64,000 bases of DNA, from the NCBI GenBank assembly GCA_964514925.1, contig CAZETX010000006.1, forward strand, positions 10,922-74,921. The letters are read 5' to 3'. Under the pieces are notes generated by a model. It saw only the letters and a program-made list of their open reading frames with translations, made no database searches and had not been told where the DNA came from. Origin of the DNA: an uncultured Marinosulfonomonas sp. (lineage in GTDB: Bacteria; Pseudomonadota; Alphaproteobacteria; Rhodobacterales; Rhodobacteraceae). The position numbers were made by a program, and so were the translations under genes. How positions within the stretch are numbered: position 1 is the first letter of the stretch; every line of letters starts with the position of its first letter. Positions 19,261 through 28,345 of this stretch are shown here, piece by piece.

Positions 19261-19706
19261 ACCAGGAGCACTGGGTTTCGATCATCAACCGTGTCACAGC
19301 TTTTCAACCCCTTGATCTGGATGATGACATCCGGAAATTCGCACCGCTCAGCAATTCTGCCGCATCTTCACACATGTTATGTGGTGAAAACGGTAAGCAA
19401 TCTGCATATTTGTGGCAGCATGACAACCCGAACGGGGCATTCCTGGGGGTTCGAATAAAACAGTTTCCGGATGACATTGCACAGCTCGCCATTTCGCTGG
19501 CGTCCCTTGCCATAGAAAAGCAACTCTACCCCATTATCCTGACAACTTTAGATGACACGGGCCTGCAGCAATATGGTTTCCGGGTCGAACGCATCGCCGG
19601 TGAAACACCGCTTGAAATAACCCAATGCGAACGTGAATTCACCGCTTTCTGGGGCCTGGTGGTTATTGTCGATCTGGATCAAATCACCACAATGACCAAA
19701 GTTTAG
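19257..19706 (+). CDS. Hypothetical protein
   Basis: 149-aa ORF translationally coupled (ATGA at 19257-19260) to the preceding gene. I recognise no motifs in it. Confidence 0.5.
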   Translation: MNQEHWVSIINRVTAFQPLDLDDDIRKFAPLSNSAASSHMLCGENGKQSAYLWQHDNPNGAFLGVRIKQFPDDIAQLAISLASLAIEKQLYPIILTTLDDTGLQQYGFRVERIAGETPLEITQCEREFTAFWGLVVIVDLDQITTMTKV

Positions 19707-19733
19707 CGGAACTCAAATCGGGCCGTTGTTGAT

Positions 19734-21047
19734 TTATCCACGCAAAATCGTGGTGCCGTTGTCGGTAAATTTACCGCGCGTGTCGATCAGCAGCTTTGAT
19801 GAAGTCCGGATCAATTCGTAGTCAAAACAACTATGATCGGTCAAAAGCAACACCGCATCATTTTGCGACAAAACCTCAGCAGTAACCGGCGTCGCCTGCA
19901 GCTCAAACGAGTGGTCCCGCATTTCCGGAAAATGCGGCACATAGGGGTCGGCATAACTTAGAATTGCCCCAAGATCGCGCAACCGTTCCATCACGACAAC
20001 CGCAGGGCTTTCGCGCATATCGTCAACGTCTCGCTTGTAGGTTATCCCCAGCACCAGAATCTGCGCACCACGCACCGCTTTACCGCTTGCATTCAACCCT
20101 TTCATCAATTTGCCAACCACATAATCCGGCATGCCTGCATTTATCTCGCCGGCCAGCTCAATCAACCTTGTGTGTAACCCAAATTCCCGTGCTTTCCAGG
20201 TCAGGTAAAACGGATCAACCGGTATGCAATGGCCGCCAATCCCCGGGCCGGGATAAAACGCCGTATAGCCAAAGGGTTTGGTCTTTGCCGCGTCGATGAT
20301 CTCAAAAATATCCAGCCCCATCTTATCGGCCACGACCTTAAGTTCGTTGACCAGTCCGATATTGACCGCCCGATAAATGTTCTCAAGCAGCTTGGTCATT
20401 TCGGCGGCCCGGGTGGAAGATACCGGCACGATCTGATCAATGAAGCGCCCATAAAACGCTGAGCCAGCGGCAAGACAAGCCGGCGTATGGCCACCCACGA
20501 TTTTAGGGGTTGTCGTAAGCGAAAATTCAGAATTCCCCGGATCCTCGCGCTCTGGTGAAAACACCAGATGAAAATCACTGCCAACCTTCAGCCCCTTGCT
20601 TTCGATAAATGGCAGCAGCACTTCCTCTGTGGTTCCGGGCCAGGTTGTGCTCTCCAGACTTAATATCTGACCGGCTCGAAGATACGGGGTAAGTTGTTGC
20701 ATTGTTGAAACAATAAAACTCAGATCCGGCTCTCGCATTTTATTCAATGGGGTTGGTACACATATGATTACAGCGTCACATTCCCCGATGCGCGAATAGT
20801 CCTGGGTGGCCACAAAGCCGCTGGCAACCAGTTCTGCCAATTCCTTATCTGCGACGTGACCAATTGGGCTTTTGCCCGCATTCAATCCGGCAACCCGGGC
20901 GGGCAAAATATCAAAGCCAATTACCTGTAATCCGGCTCTTGAGACCTGCAGCGCCAGCGGTATCCCAACATATCCAAGGCCGACAATTCCAGCAGTGATT
21001 TTTGACCTGTCTTTTGACGACTCTTTCATTTGTGCCTCCAAATTCAA
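19734..21047 (-). CDS. Nucleotide-sugar 6-dehydrogenase (UDP-glucose/GDP-mannose dehydrogenase family, UDP-N-acetyl-amino-sugar dehydrogenase-like)
   Basis: 437-aa ORF with NAD-binding [14 protein letters not shown] and catalytic Cys region [16 protein letters not shown]. The start could instead be the internal Met at 21029. Confidence 0.85.
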   Translation of the reverse strand: MNLEAQMKESSKDRSKITAGIVGLGYVGIPLALQVSRAGLQVIGFDILPARVAGLNAGKSPIGHVADKELAELVASGFVATQDYSRIGECDAVIICVPTPLNKMREPDLSFIVSTMQQLTPYLRAGQILSLESTTWPGTTEEVLLPFIESKGLKVGSDFHLVFSPEREDPGNSEFSLTTTPKIVGGHTPACLAAGSAFYGRFIDQIVPVSSTRAAEMTKLLENIYRAVNIGLVNELKVVADKMGLDIFEIIDAAKTKPFGYTAFYPGPGIGGHCIPVDPFYLTWKAREFGLHTRLIELAGEINAGMPDYVVGKLMKGLNASGKAVRGAQILVLGITYKRDVDDMRESPAVVVMERLRDLGAILSYADPYVPHFPEMRDHSFELQATPVTAEVLSQNDAVLLLTDHSCFDYELIRTSSKLLIDTRGKFTDNGTTILRG

Positions 21048-21099
21048 CAGGTAAAATCCATCCCTGAAAGTTCAGCTGCCCCTTGTCAAAGCAATAGCC

Positions 21100-21185
21100 T
21101 GGTGCGGTCGAGAAGACTCGAACTTCCACGGGTGTTACCCCACAGCGACCTCAACGCTGCGCGTCTACCATTCCGCCACGACCGC
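21100..21185 (-). tRNA. tRNA-Leu (anticodon GAG)
   Basis: The 86-nt minus-strand sequence GCGGTCGTGGCGGAATGGTAGACGCGCAGCGTTGAGGTCGCTGTGGGGTAACACCCGTGGAAGTTCGAGTCTTCTCGACCGCACCA folds as a cloverleaf. It has a 7-bp acceptor stem, anticodon stem CAGCG/CGCTG with loop TTGAGGT, a long variable arm, T-loop TTCGAGT and an encoded CCA. Confidence 0.9.
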
Positions 21186-21316
21186 ACGTCAAGGCTTGGT
21201 AGGGCGCTTCTTAGCGAAGCTGCTTTGGCTTGTGAAGGGAAATCTGCCTGTCATTTTGACATCCACCTGATCAAATGCGAAAGCTGCATTGCATTTGAAA
21301 TGATTAGGCTTATCCA

Positions 21317-22000
21317 ATGGTCCAATGGCGTGTATCTGATGGTTTGACACCCTATACGGATGCCGTCGAATTCATGCAGGAACGGGCCGCGCATATCGCT
21401 ACCGGGCAAGCCGATGAACTGATCTGGCTGCTGGAGCACCCCCCCCTCTATACAGCCGGTACCAGCGCCAGATCCGGCGATCTGGTGGAACCCAGCCGCT
21501 TACCGGTTTTCCAAACCGGGCGCGGTGGCCAATACACCTATCACGGCCCCGGACAGCGTGTGGCCTATGTCATGCTGAATGTCGGGCAACGCGGGCACGA
21601 TGTGCGCAAATTTGTCCACCAGCTGGAAACCTGGGTTATCGCGACTTTGGCGGAATTTAACGTCAATGGCGAAATCCGGCCCGGCCGCGTCGGCGTCTGG
21701 GTGGATCGTAACGACGGAACAGCACCGGCGCGCGAGGATAAGATCGCCGCCATCGGCATTCGGTTGAAAAAGTGGGTCAGTTTTCACGGGCTATCGATCA
21801 ACGTTGACCCGGATCTGGATAACTACGATGGCATTGTCCCTTGCGGAATAGTCGAACACGGTGTCACCAGTCTTGTTGATCTGGGCCTTCAGATCAAAAT
21901 GGCGGATGTTGACCTTGCCCTGCAGCGCTGTTTTGAAGATATCTTTGGCGCAACAAATAATTTCAGAATAAACCCACCCAAAGGAGCTAATCAGATATGA
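21317..22000 (+). CDS. lipB: Lipoyl(octanoyl) transferase
   Basis: 227-aa ORF with LipB hallmarks [25 protein letters not shown] and KIAAIGIRL. Confidence 0.9.
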   Translation: MVQWRVSDGLTPYTDAVEFMQERAAHIATGQADELIWLLEHPPLYTAGTSARSGDLVEPSRLPVFQTGRGGQYTYHGPGQRVAYVMLNVGQRGHDVRKFVHQLETWVIATLAEFNVNGEIRPGRVGVWVDRNDGTAPAREDKIAAIGIRLKKWVSFHGLSINVDPDLDNYDGIVPCGIVEHGVTSLVDLGLQIKMADVDLALQRCFEDIFGATNNFRINPPKGANQI

Positions 22001-22470
22001 AAAAATCGTGCAAATTCTGCTGGCTGATCAGCACTGTGCTAGTACTCGCCCTGGCATTTAGTGCCTATACATTTCTTATCCGCGGCGACGTGACCACCGC
22101 CGATGATGGTCGAACCGAAATTCTTTTGTCTCCGGGCGAACGAAATTACGTATTGGGTGAAATGCGCAGTATGTTGGAGGCCGTGCAATCTGTAACCGAA
22201 GGATTGGCGACCGGCGACATGGAACTTGTCGCCCAAAGCGCAAGCGCTGTTGGCATGGCGCAGGCTGGTGGTGCCAGCCCTTCACTGGTGGCTAAACTGC
22301 CGCTAACATTCAAGAAAAATGGCTTTGCTGCCCACGCGGCATTTGACGACCTGGCCCAAAGTGCGCGTGAAACCGGCAGTATAGATCAGGTACTGGCAGA
22401 GCTTTCGGATATTCTGGGGGCCTGCACCGCCTGCCACGCCGAATACCGGATTGCATTGCAATCCCAATAG
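21997..22470 (+). CDS. Class II cytochrome c (cytochrome c'/c-556-like four-helix-bundle), N-terminally anchored
   Basis: 157-aa ORF with an N-terminal hydrophobic anchor and predicted helical content. It has a single heme motif CTACH close to the C terminus, as in class II c-type cytochromes. ATGA overlap with lipB, with AAGGAG 11 nt upstream. Confidence 0.6.
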   Translation: MKKSCKFCWLISTVLVLALAFSAYTFLIRGDVTTADDGRTEILLSPGERNYVLGEMRSMLEAVQSVTEGLATGDMELVAQSASAVGMAQAGGASPSLVAKLPLTFKKNGFAAHAAFDDLAQSARETGSIDQVLAELSDILGACTACHAEYRIALQSQ

Positions 22471-22623
22471 AAACCAGATTTTAGTGGTTTTCCGTTATCG
22501 CCATTTGGGTAAGTGCAATTGATCACTTCTTGCGTATGTGACAATTCTCCCCCTCGTATACCTGCGCGTGGCAGGTCATAATCCAGCCAGTTATTTTGCA
22601 AACCAAAGACACAGGACCTCCAC

Positions 22624-23112
22624 ATGAAATACCTCTTTTCCCTCACCACAGCGGCGCTGCTGTCCCTTTCAACGCCAATTTTGGCCCAGGGTGATATCGC
22701 CGCCGGCGAAAAGGCATTCAAAAAATGCAAAGCCTGCCACACCATCAAAAATGGCGATGAAGTCATCTTTAAGGGCGGCAAAACCGGACCCAACCTTTAT
22801 GGCGTTGTTGGCCGCGCCGCCGGTAGTCAGGAATTCAAGTACTCAAAATCCATTCTGGCTGCTGGCATTTCTGGTCTGGTCTGGGATGAAGCATCTATTG
22901 TTGAATTTATCACCGACCCCAGCGCTTACCTGAAAGAAATCACCGGTGATTCCAAAGCCAAATCGAAAATGACCTTCAAAGCCAAGAAAAATGCCGAAGA
23001 TCTGGCCGCCTATCTCGCCAGCGTTTCACCTGAAATGATGATGGAAGGCATGGATGGGGCGATGGAATCAGATGAAAATGCTGAATCCACGGAAGAAAAC
23101 AACGATTCCTGA
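22624..23112 (+). CDS. Class I c-type cytochrome (c2/c550-like) with acidic C-terminal tail
   Basis: 162-aa ORF with a signal peptide, heme motif CKACH near the N terminus of the mature protein, a distal Met region (KSKMTFK), and an Asp/Glu-rich tail of about 35 aa. Confidence 0.85.
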   Translation: MKYLFSLTTAALLSLSTPILAQGDIAAGEKAFKKCKACHTIKNGDEVIFKGGKTGPNLYGVVGRAAGSQEFKYSKSILAAGISGLVWDEASIVEFITDPSAYLKEITGDSKAKSKMTFKAKKNAEDLAAYLASVSPEMMMEGMDGAMESDENAESTEENNDS

Positions 23113-23126
23113 CCCCTGCGGCATCT

Positions 23127-23153
23127 GGGGCGGTTGAGCCGCCCCATTTGTTC
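23127..23153 (+). terminator. Intrinsic terminator-like hairpin after the cytochrome c gene
   Basis: GGGGCGG-TTGAG-CCGCCCC followed by ATTTGTT. Confidence 0.6.
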
Positions 23154-23218
23154 GTCTAAACCGGACAGGGAATGACCGGCAGCAACGCCTGCCCGATACG
23201 CTTCAGGAGAGATCAAAG

Positions 23219-24892
23219 ATGGCAGACGCAGCCACCCATACCCAAGAACATCACGACGAGCGCAGCTTTTTCACGCGCTGGTTCATGTCAACCAATCACA
23301 AAGACATCGGTATCCTGTATATCTTTACCGCTGCGATTGTTGGTTTCATCTCGGTAAGTTTCACAGTCTACATGCGAATGGAGCTGATGGAACCGGGCGT
23401 TCAGTATATGTGTCTGGAAGGCGCGCGCTTTATCGCTGATGCCGCCAGTGACTGTACCCCGAACGGTCACCTCTGGAACGTCTTGGTGACCTATCATGGT
23501 ATCCTGATGATGTTCTTTGTGGTGATCCCTGCCCTGTTTGGCGGTTTCGGCAACTACTTTATGCCGCTGCATATTGGTGCGCCTGACATGGCGTTTCCGC
23601 GTATGAATAACCTGTCCTACTGGATGTATGTCGCCGGGACGACCCTTGGTGTTGCATCCCTGCTTGCTCCGGGCGGGAACGATCAGATGGGCTCCGGTGT
23701 TGGCTGGGTACTTTATCCGCCGTTATCCACCACCGAAGGCGGGTTTTCCATGGATCTGGCGATTTTCGCCGTGCACCTTTCCGGTGCGTCCTCGATCCTT
23801 GGCGCGATTAACATGATCACCACCTTCCTGAACATGCGTGCCCCCGGCATGACTCTGTTCAAGGTGCCGCTTTTTGCCTGGTCGATCTTCGTCACCGCTT
23901 GGTTGATCCTGCTATCCTTGCCAGTTCTGGCAGGCGCCATCACCATGCTTTTGACCGATCGAAACTTTGGCACCACGTTCTTTGATCCAGCGGGCGGGGG
24001 GGATCCGATCCTCTACCAGCATATCCTTTGGTTCTTTGGCCATCCCGAGGTTTATATCATCATCATGCCGGGCTTTGGCATCATCAGCCATGTGATCTCA
24101 ACCTTCTCCAAAAAGCCGCTGTTTGGCTACCTGCCCATGGTCTGGGCGCTGATCGCCATTGGTGGTCTTGGCTTTGTTGTCTGGGCACATCACATGTACA
24201 CGGTTGGCCTAAGCCTGACCCAGCAAAGTTACTTCATGCTGGCCACCATGGTCATTGCGGTGCCCACGGGGGTCAAGGTGTTCAGCTGGATCGCCACCAT
24301 GTGGGGCGGTTCGGTCGAATTTAAAACACCCATGCTCTGGGCGTTCGGTTTTCTGTTTCTGTTCACCGTCGGTGGCGTCACCGGCATCGTGCTGTCACAG
24401 GCCGGCATCGACCGCGCCTATCACGATACCTACTATGTGGTCGCCCACTTCCACTACGTGATGAGCCTTGGCGCGATCTTCTGCATCTTTGCCGGTATCT
24501 ATTACTGGATCGGCAAAATGTCAGGGCGGCAATACCCGGAATGGGCCGGGAAAGTGCATTTTTGGACAATGTTCATCGGTTCCAATATCACCTTCTTCCC
24601 ACAGCACTTTTTGGGTCGCCAGGGTATGCCACGTCGCTATATCGACTATCCGGAAGCATTCGCTTACTGGAACTACGTTTCCAGTATCGGGGCTTTCATT
24701 TCCTTCGCCTCGTTCCTGTTTTTCATCGGTGTGATGTATTACACCCTGCGCCACGGCAAACGCGTGACGGAAAACAACTACTGGAACGAATACGCCGATA
24801 CTCTGGAATGGACCCTGCCAAGCCCACCACCAGAGCACACGTTTGAAATCCTTCCGGAACAGTCCGACTGGGATAAGGGAACTGCCCACTAG
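23219..24892 (+). CDS. ctaD: Cytochrome c oxidase subunit I (aa3-type)
   Basis: 557-aa ORF with 12-TM heme-copper oxidase signatures ([31 protein letters not shown]). Confidence 0.95.
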   Translation: MADAATHTQEHHDERSFFTRWFMSTNHKDIGILYIFTAAIVGFISVSFTVYMRMELMEPGVQYMCLEGARFIADAASDCTPNGHLWNVLVTYHGILMMFFVVIPALFGGFGNYFMPLHIGAPDMAFPRMNNLSYWMYVAGTTLGVASLLAPGGNDQMGSGVGWVLYPPLSTTEGGFSMDLAIFAVHLSGASSILGAINMITTFLNMRAPGMTLFKVPLFAWSIFVTAWLILLSLPVLAGAITMLLTDRNFGTTFFDPAGGGDPILYQHILWFFGHPEVYIIIMPGFGIISHVISTFSKKPLFGYLPMVWALIAIGGLGFVVWAHHMYTVGLSLTQQSYFMLATMVIAVPTGVKVFSWIATMWGGSVEFKTPMLWAFGFLFLFTVGGVTGIVLSQAGIDRAYHDTYYVVAHFHYVMSLGAIFCIFAGIYYWIGKMSGRQYPEWAGKVHFWTMFIGSNITFFPQHFLGRQGMPRRYIDYPEAFAYWNYVSSIGAFISFASFLFFIGVMYYTLRHGKRVTENNYWNEYADTLEWTLPSPPPEHTFEILPEQSDWDKGTAH

Positions 24893-24905
24893 GGCACCTA
24901 CCCCC

Positions 24906-25430
24906 ATGCCGATCAACTGGGAATATCAAAACGAAACGGCCCCGGCACAAACCGGGGCCTTTTCATTTGCGAACGGTGATAACCCGGCGGCTCAGCTTAC
25001 GCTGTGGCCCTACCGGTCCCTGCCGCCCAAAGGTTTCGCGTGGTTCATCGGCATCACTTTCGCGATGTTTCTGCTGCCGCTTTTGGCCGTACTTGGCACC
25101 AAAGCCCTGTGGGGCCTGCTGCCGTTCCTTATGGGCGCGCTTGCACTGGTCTGGTATTTCCTGCGCCGCAACACCGCAGACACCCGCCTGAACGAAGTCC
25201 TGTCCATTTGGGGCGACCATATAGACCTGACTCGCCACAACCCGCGCAAAGCCGATCAGAACTGGCAGGCCAACCCCCACTGGGTTGAGCTTAAGTTGCA
25301 GCCAAAGGGCGGTCCGGTTGAAAACTACCTGACCCTGCGCGGCAATGGCCGCACCGTTGAAATCGGCGCATTCCTCAGCCCCGGTGAACGCAAAGACCTG
25401 TACGGCTCACTGGGCAAATACCTGGGTTAA
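24906..25430 (+). CDS. DUF2244-type integral membrane protein commonly found downstream of ctaD
   Basis: 174-aa product from the ATG at 24906; the track ORF 24843 overlaps the ctaD end. Two TM helices (FAWFIGITFAMFLLPLLAV, LLPFLMGALALVWYFL). Confidence 0.65.
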   Translation: MPINWEYQNETAPAQTGAFSFANGDNPAAQLTLWPYRSLPPKGFAWFIGITFAMFLLPLLAVLGTKALWGLLPFLMGALALVWYFLRRNTADTRLNEVLSIWGDHIDLTRHNPRKADQNWQANPHWVELKLQPKGGPVENYLTLRGNGRTVEIGAFLSPGERKDLYGSLGKYLG

Positions 25431-25489
25431 GCAAAAGGGTCAGCCGGCAAACCAGCTAACCCATTAAACGCCCCTCGATTAAACGCGCT

Positions 25490-26221
25490 TCACCTTTGCC
25501 ACGCCTGCCATTTCTCTTCGTTAACACCCATGAACAACAACCAGAACGTCATCATCAATTCGCCAACAAACAGGTACTGCGCGAACTCAAATCCAAAATC
25601 CGGATTGATCATAAAGATCAGGCTGTCGGCCAGATACCCAAAACATCCAATCATCAAGGCAACCCCAACGATTTTAGGGATGAAATTGGATTTATACGCC
25701 AGATAACCCATTGGAAATAACCAAAACCCCCAAAATACACCCACGATCATGATGCCGTAGCGGTGCATTCCCAGAAACAGGTTCACCAGTGAATTTGGCA
25801 GCTCCTCGCTGCCCAGAATTATCAACACCGCGCCATAGTTCATTTCGTTTAACAACGCGATCGGGATGCCCAGCATAGACAGTAACACCAATAGTTTCGC
25901 CGCCGCCTGATCCACCGATACCAATAACAGGTACAGCATCAGCACCAACAGAATATGCGTGATCTGCGTCAGCACAGCCATCAGCATCGACAGTTTGAAC
26001 ATGCCGGTATTTTCCAGAATATTGGCAATCGTTGCCGGGCTGTCGCCATCAACAACAAGCCCCGGAATGTACATAATCCCCAGAATACCCATGGGTATCA
26101 GCAAGAAATACACAAACCCGGTCAGCCTTGCGTAGCTCTTGATCGTCAGACCCGCAATTTTGGTTGTGTTTAATACGGTGTTCATTTTCAGTTCCACTTT
26201 CATATAATCGAATTTGGACAC
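25490..26221 (-). CDS. DUF4386-family membrane protein
   Basis: Polytopic ORF of about 230-243 aa with ARLTGFVYFLLIPMGILG... at the N terminus. The start is uncertain: GTG at 26221, or ATG at 26203 or 26185. Confidence 0.6.
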   Translation of the reverse strand: MSKFDYMKVELKMNTVLNTTKIAGLTIKSYARLTGFVYFLLIPMGILGIMYIPGLVVDGDSPATIANILENTGMFKLSMLMAVLTQITHILLVLMLYLLLVSVDQAAAKLLVLLSMLGIPIALLNEMNYGAVLIILGSEELPNSLVNLFLGMHRYGIMIVGVFWGFWLFPMGYLAYKSNFIPKIVGVALMIGCFGYLADSLIFMINPDFGFEFAQYLFVGELMMTFWLLFMGVNEEKWQAWQR

Positions 26222-26288
26222 TGATTAGATGGTCTGACCTTACAAAAGAATTGCCGAAATTGTCATATGAACTATGCGTTTTTGCATG

Positions 26289-27176
26289 CTAGCCGGACAG
26301 TTCTGCATCCAGCAGGTCAAACACCAGCCGAATGCGCGGGTTGGTTTTCAACTCGCGATGCGCGACCAGCCAAATGGGAAACATATATGGCTCATCCTCT
26401 GGGAATACCCGCTCAACCAATGGCTCTGCATCGGCGACTTTACTGTCCCATAGGCTAATTCCCAGCCCCGACTTTACCAATTCCCATGCAATCATATTAT
26501 TGTCAGCGGTTATAGGAAAACTAATCTCCCCCGGATCACCCCCAACAGACGCAATAAACTCGGCATAGCTGTTGCTGTCTTCATGGTTAATGAATTCTGC
26601 GCCCTGCATGTCTTTCAATGATTTTGGGTGCCCGATTTTTTCAATATAATCAGGGGTCGCATAAAACCTCACGGGAATTTCCGCGACCTTTTTGGCGATC
26701 AGATCGGGGTCAACGGGCTGAACATTTCTGATCGCAATATCCGCTTCGCGACGGCGTAAATCTGATATCCTCACGGTTGCGGTCAGAACAATCTCAATCC
26801 CCGGTTCCGATTTGCGCAATTTGCCCAGTATCGGCGGTAACATATAGGCTGCGACCACCTCACTTGCTGAAATACTGACCCTGCCCGTCATATTCTGGGA
26901 TTGTCCAAATGATCCCAGCGCAAAGCTGTTTGCCGCTTCGCCCATGGCCTGAACATGGTCCAGCAATTCGATACCACTTGGGGTCAGGCTTAGCCCCTGA
27001 CCAACGCGCTCAAACAGAACCACGCCAATTTCTTCCTCAAGGGCCGCCACCTGACGGCCAAGGGTCGGCTGCGCCATGCCAAGTGCCCGGGCCGCCGCCG
27101 ACAAAGACCCTTCTTCAGCCGTCGCCAGAAATGCCCGCGCCCTGTTCCAGTCAAATTTGGTGGTTTTCCGATCCAT
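26289..27176 (-). CDS. LysR-family transcriptional regulator
   Basis: 295-aa ORF with N-terminal HTH (FDWNRARAFLATAEEGSLSAAARALGMAQPTLGRQVAALEEE) and a LysR substrate-binding domain. Confidence 0.9.
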   Translation of the reverse strand: MDRKTTKFDWNRARAFLATAEEGSLSAAARALGMAQPTLGRQVAALEEEIGVVLFERVGQGLSLTPSGIELLDHVQAMGEAANSFALGSFGQSQNMTGRVSISASEVVAAYMLPPILGKLRKSEPGIEIVLTATVRISDLRRREADIAIRNVQPVDPDLIAKKVAEIPVRFYATPDYIEKIGHPKSLKDMQGAEFINHEDSNSYAEFIASVGGDPGEISFPITADNNMIAWELVKSGLGISLWDSKVADAEPLVERVFPEDEPYMFPIWLVAHRELKTNPRIRLVFDLLDAELSG

Positions 27177-27303
27177 ATCAGATCGATTTATCAGATTAAA
27201 ATTGTGCTGTCACTGAATAGAAAACACCGCCCGGCAGCCAAAGAACACACCGGAAAAGGCAAAAAAATTTGCCCTTTCCGATGCTCCACAGCGACAGTGT
27301 TGA

Positions 27304-28134
27304 TCACATGCTCAGCGCTTTATCCAAAAGCTGCTTTTTGTCCTGAAGCTGCTTTTCATCCACCCCTCGCCCAGCCAGTGCCTGTCGCAGCTCGGCCTCA
27401 CTCAGGGCTTCGATCGCTTCACCGGTCATGCGCATGAAGTTCACTTTTCGCGTCACCGGCGGATTGACCTCACCAAAAACCTTTCCATCGCTAAAATTAA
27501 AGTCCTCTGCATATTTGCTGAAAAAGTAGCTCAGAAACGTATTCAGGCTGGTTCTGACTCTGGGGTCTGCTGTCATGTGGATTTCAGACTCATCCAGCGT
27601 CTCCACCATTAACTTAACCCAGCGCGCCGCACCCTTGTCATTCATCAGCTGCATGGCATTGTGGGAATGGTGGAAATTCAACCTGAACTCACCGCCATGA
27701 TAAATCAGCCCGCCGCCCATCACATCAATCCACATTGCTGCCTGTGAATTTACATGGTGACCAACGCCGCCTATGCGGGCGAAGACATCGCTGAACCATT
27801 TCTCATCGGCAAAAACCTTTTTGTAAAAGCTCTCTACAATTCTGATGATCCGGGCCTGACCAAGAACGGAAAACAGCTGCCAAAACTGGATCGGTTTTGA
27901 GGCATCGTTAGGTGCGTCAAGTGATAGGATATTCCGCATTCTATGGGCGTCAGCTGGCAACATGTTCTTGGCGATTGCCGACGTAATAAATTTCTGCCGG
28001 GTCACGTCAGTCATGTAGCCTTCTTTTGGTTCAAAATTTGGATATGTATATTTTCCCATTGTTTTATCCTGAATAAAAGTTCCCGGATCCTGTATCTTCA
28101 GATCTGGATTGTTGCCCATTAGCTGGTGATGCAA
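27304..28134 (-). CDS. Truncated-hemoglobin-like (group II trHb fold) protein with N- and C-terminal extensions
   Basis: The central region FWQLFSVLGQARIIRIVESFYKKVFADE...GGGLIYHGGEFRLNFHHSHNAMQL...AARWVKLM aligns by eye with trHbO motifs (FY at B9-B10, GGP..Y, RLRMRH proximal His, W in helix G). The C-terminal tail LSEAELRQALAGRGVDEKQLQDKKQLLDKAL is SAP/HeH-like. An alternative start at ATG 28059 is preceded by AGGA. Confidence 0.55.
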   Translation of the reverse strand: MHHQLMGNNPDLKIQDPGTFIQDKTMGKYTYPNFEPKEGYMTDVTRQKFITSAIAKNMLPADAHRMRNILSLDAPNDASKPIQFWQLFSVLGQARIIRIVESFYKKVFADEKWFSDVFARIGGVGHHVNSQAAMWIDVMGGGLIYHGGEFRLNFHHSHNAMQLMNDKGAARWVKLMVETLDESEIHMTADPRVRTSLNTFLSYFFSKYAEDFNFSDGKVFGEVNPPVTRKVNFMRMTGEAIEALSEAELRQALAGRGVDEKQLQDKKQLLDKALSM

Positions 28135-28281
28135 TAAATCAATTACAACAGCACTGCCCTCCGGGGCACCAGAAATGCCGCTCTCAAACCATCAGAAATT
28201 AACAGACAAATACCCGACCGAACGGGACGGGCATTGCCTGGCAATGCCCCTGTGTCTTCGATTCGATTGGGTAAATTTGAC

Positions 28282-28345
28282 TGTTACAAAGTTTAAACAC
28301 CGGGGTTTAAAGGTGTTACAAAGTTTAAAGACTAGCCCAATAACC
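28282..28345 (+). repeat. 2 x 32-bp tandem repeat element, copy 1 (core TGTTACAAAGTTTAAA)
   Basis: TGTTACAAAGTTTAAACACC-N12-TGTTACAAAGTTTAAAGA. The same architecture occurs on the opposite strand at 56473..56536. Confidence 0.85.

Noticed and set aside
19734-21185. tRNA-Leu as the attachment site of a genomic island carrying the glycosyltransferase block
   Set aside because: No integrase or recombinase gene is present. By eye I could not find a direct repeat of the tRNA 3' end to the left. This is left as context only; a computed repeat search could revive it.
21030-21347. 105-aa ORF spanning the sugar dehydrogenase/lipB gap
   Set aside because: It is read straight across the tRNA-Leu(GAG) gene on the opposite strand and is therefore spurious.
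27251-27279. Hairpin GGAAAAGGCAA-loop-TTGCCCTTTCC as the terminator of the globin-like gene
   Set aside because: The stem has a mismatch and no U-tract follows on the minus strand. The LysR gene that follows may be co-transcribed.
28282-28345. Interpreting the TGTTACAAAGYTTAAA repeats as known operators (CtrA TTAA-N7-TTAAC, alphaproteobacterial LexA GTTC-N7-GTTC, NifA/NtrC TGT-N10-ACA, IHF, FNR)
   Set aside because: Manual comparison shows wrong spacing or mismatched half-sites in every case. For example, TGT...ACA is spaced by 12 nt and is present only in the first unit. The function stays unassigned.
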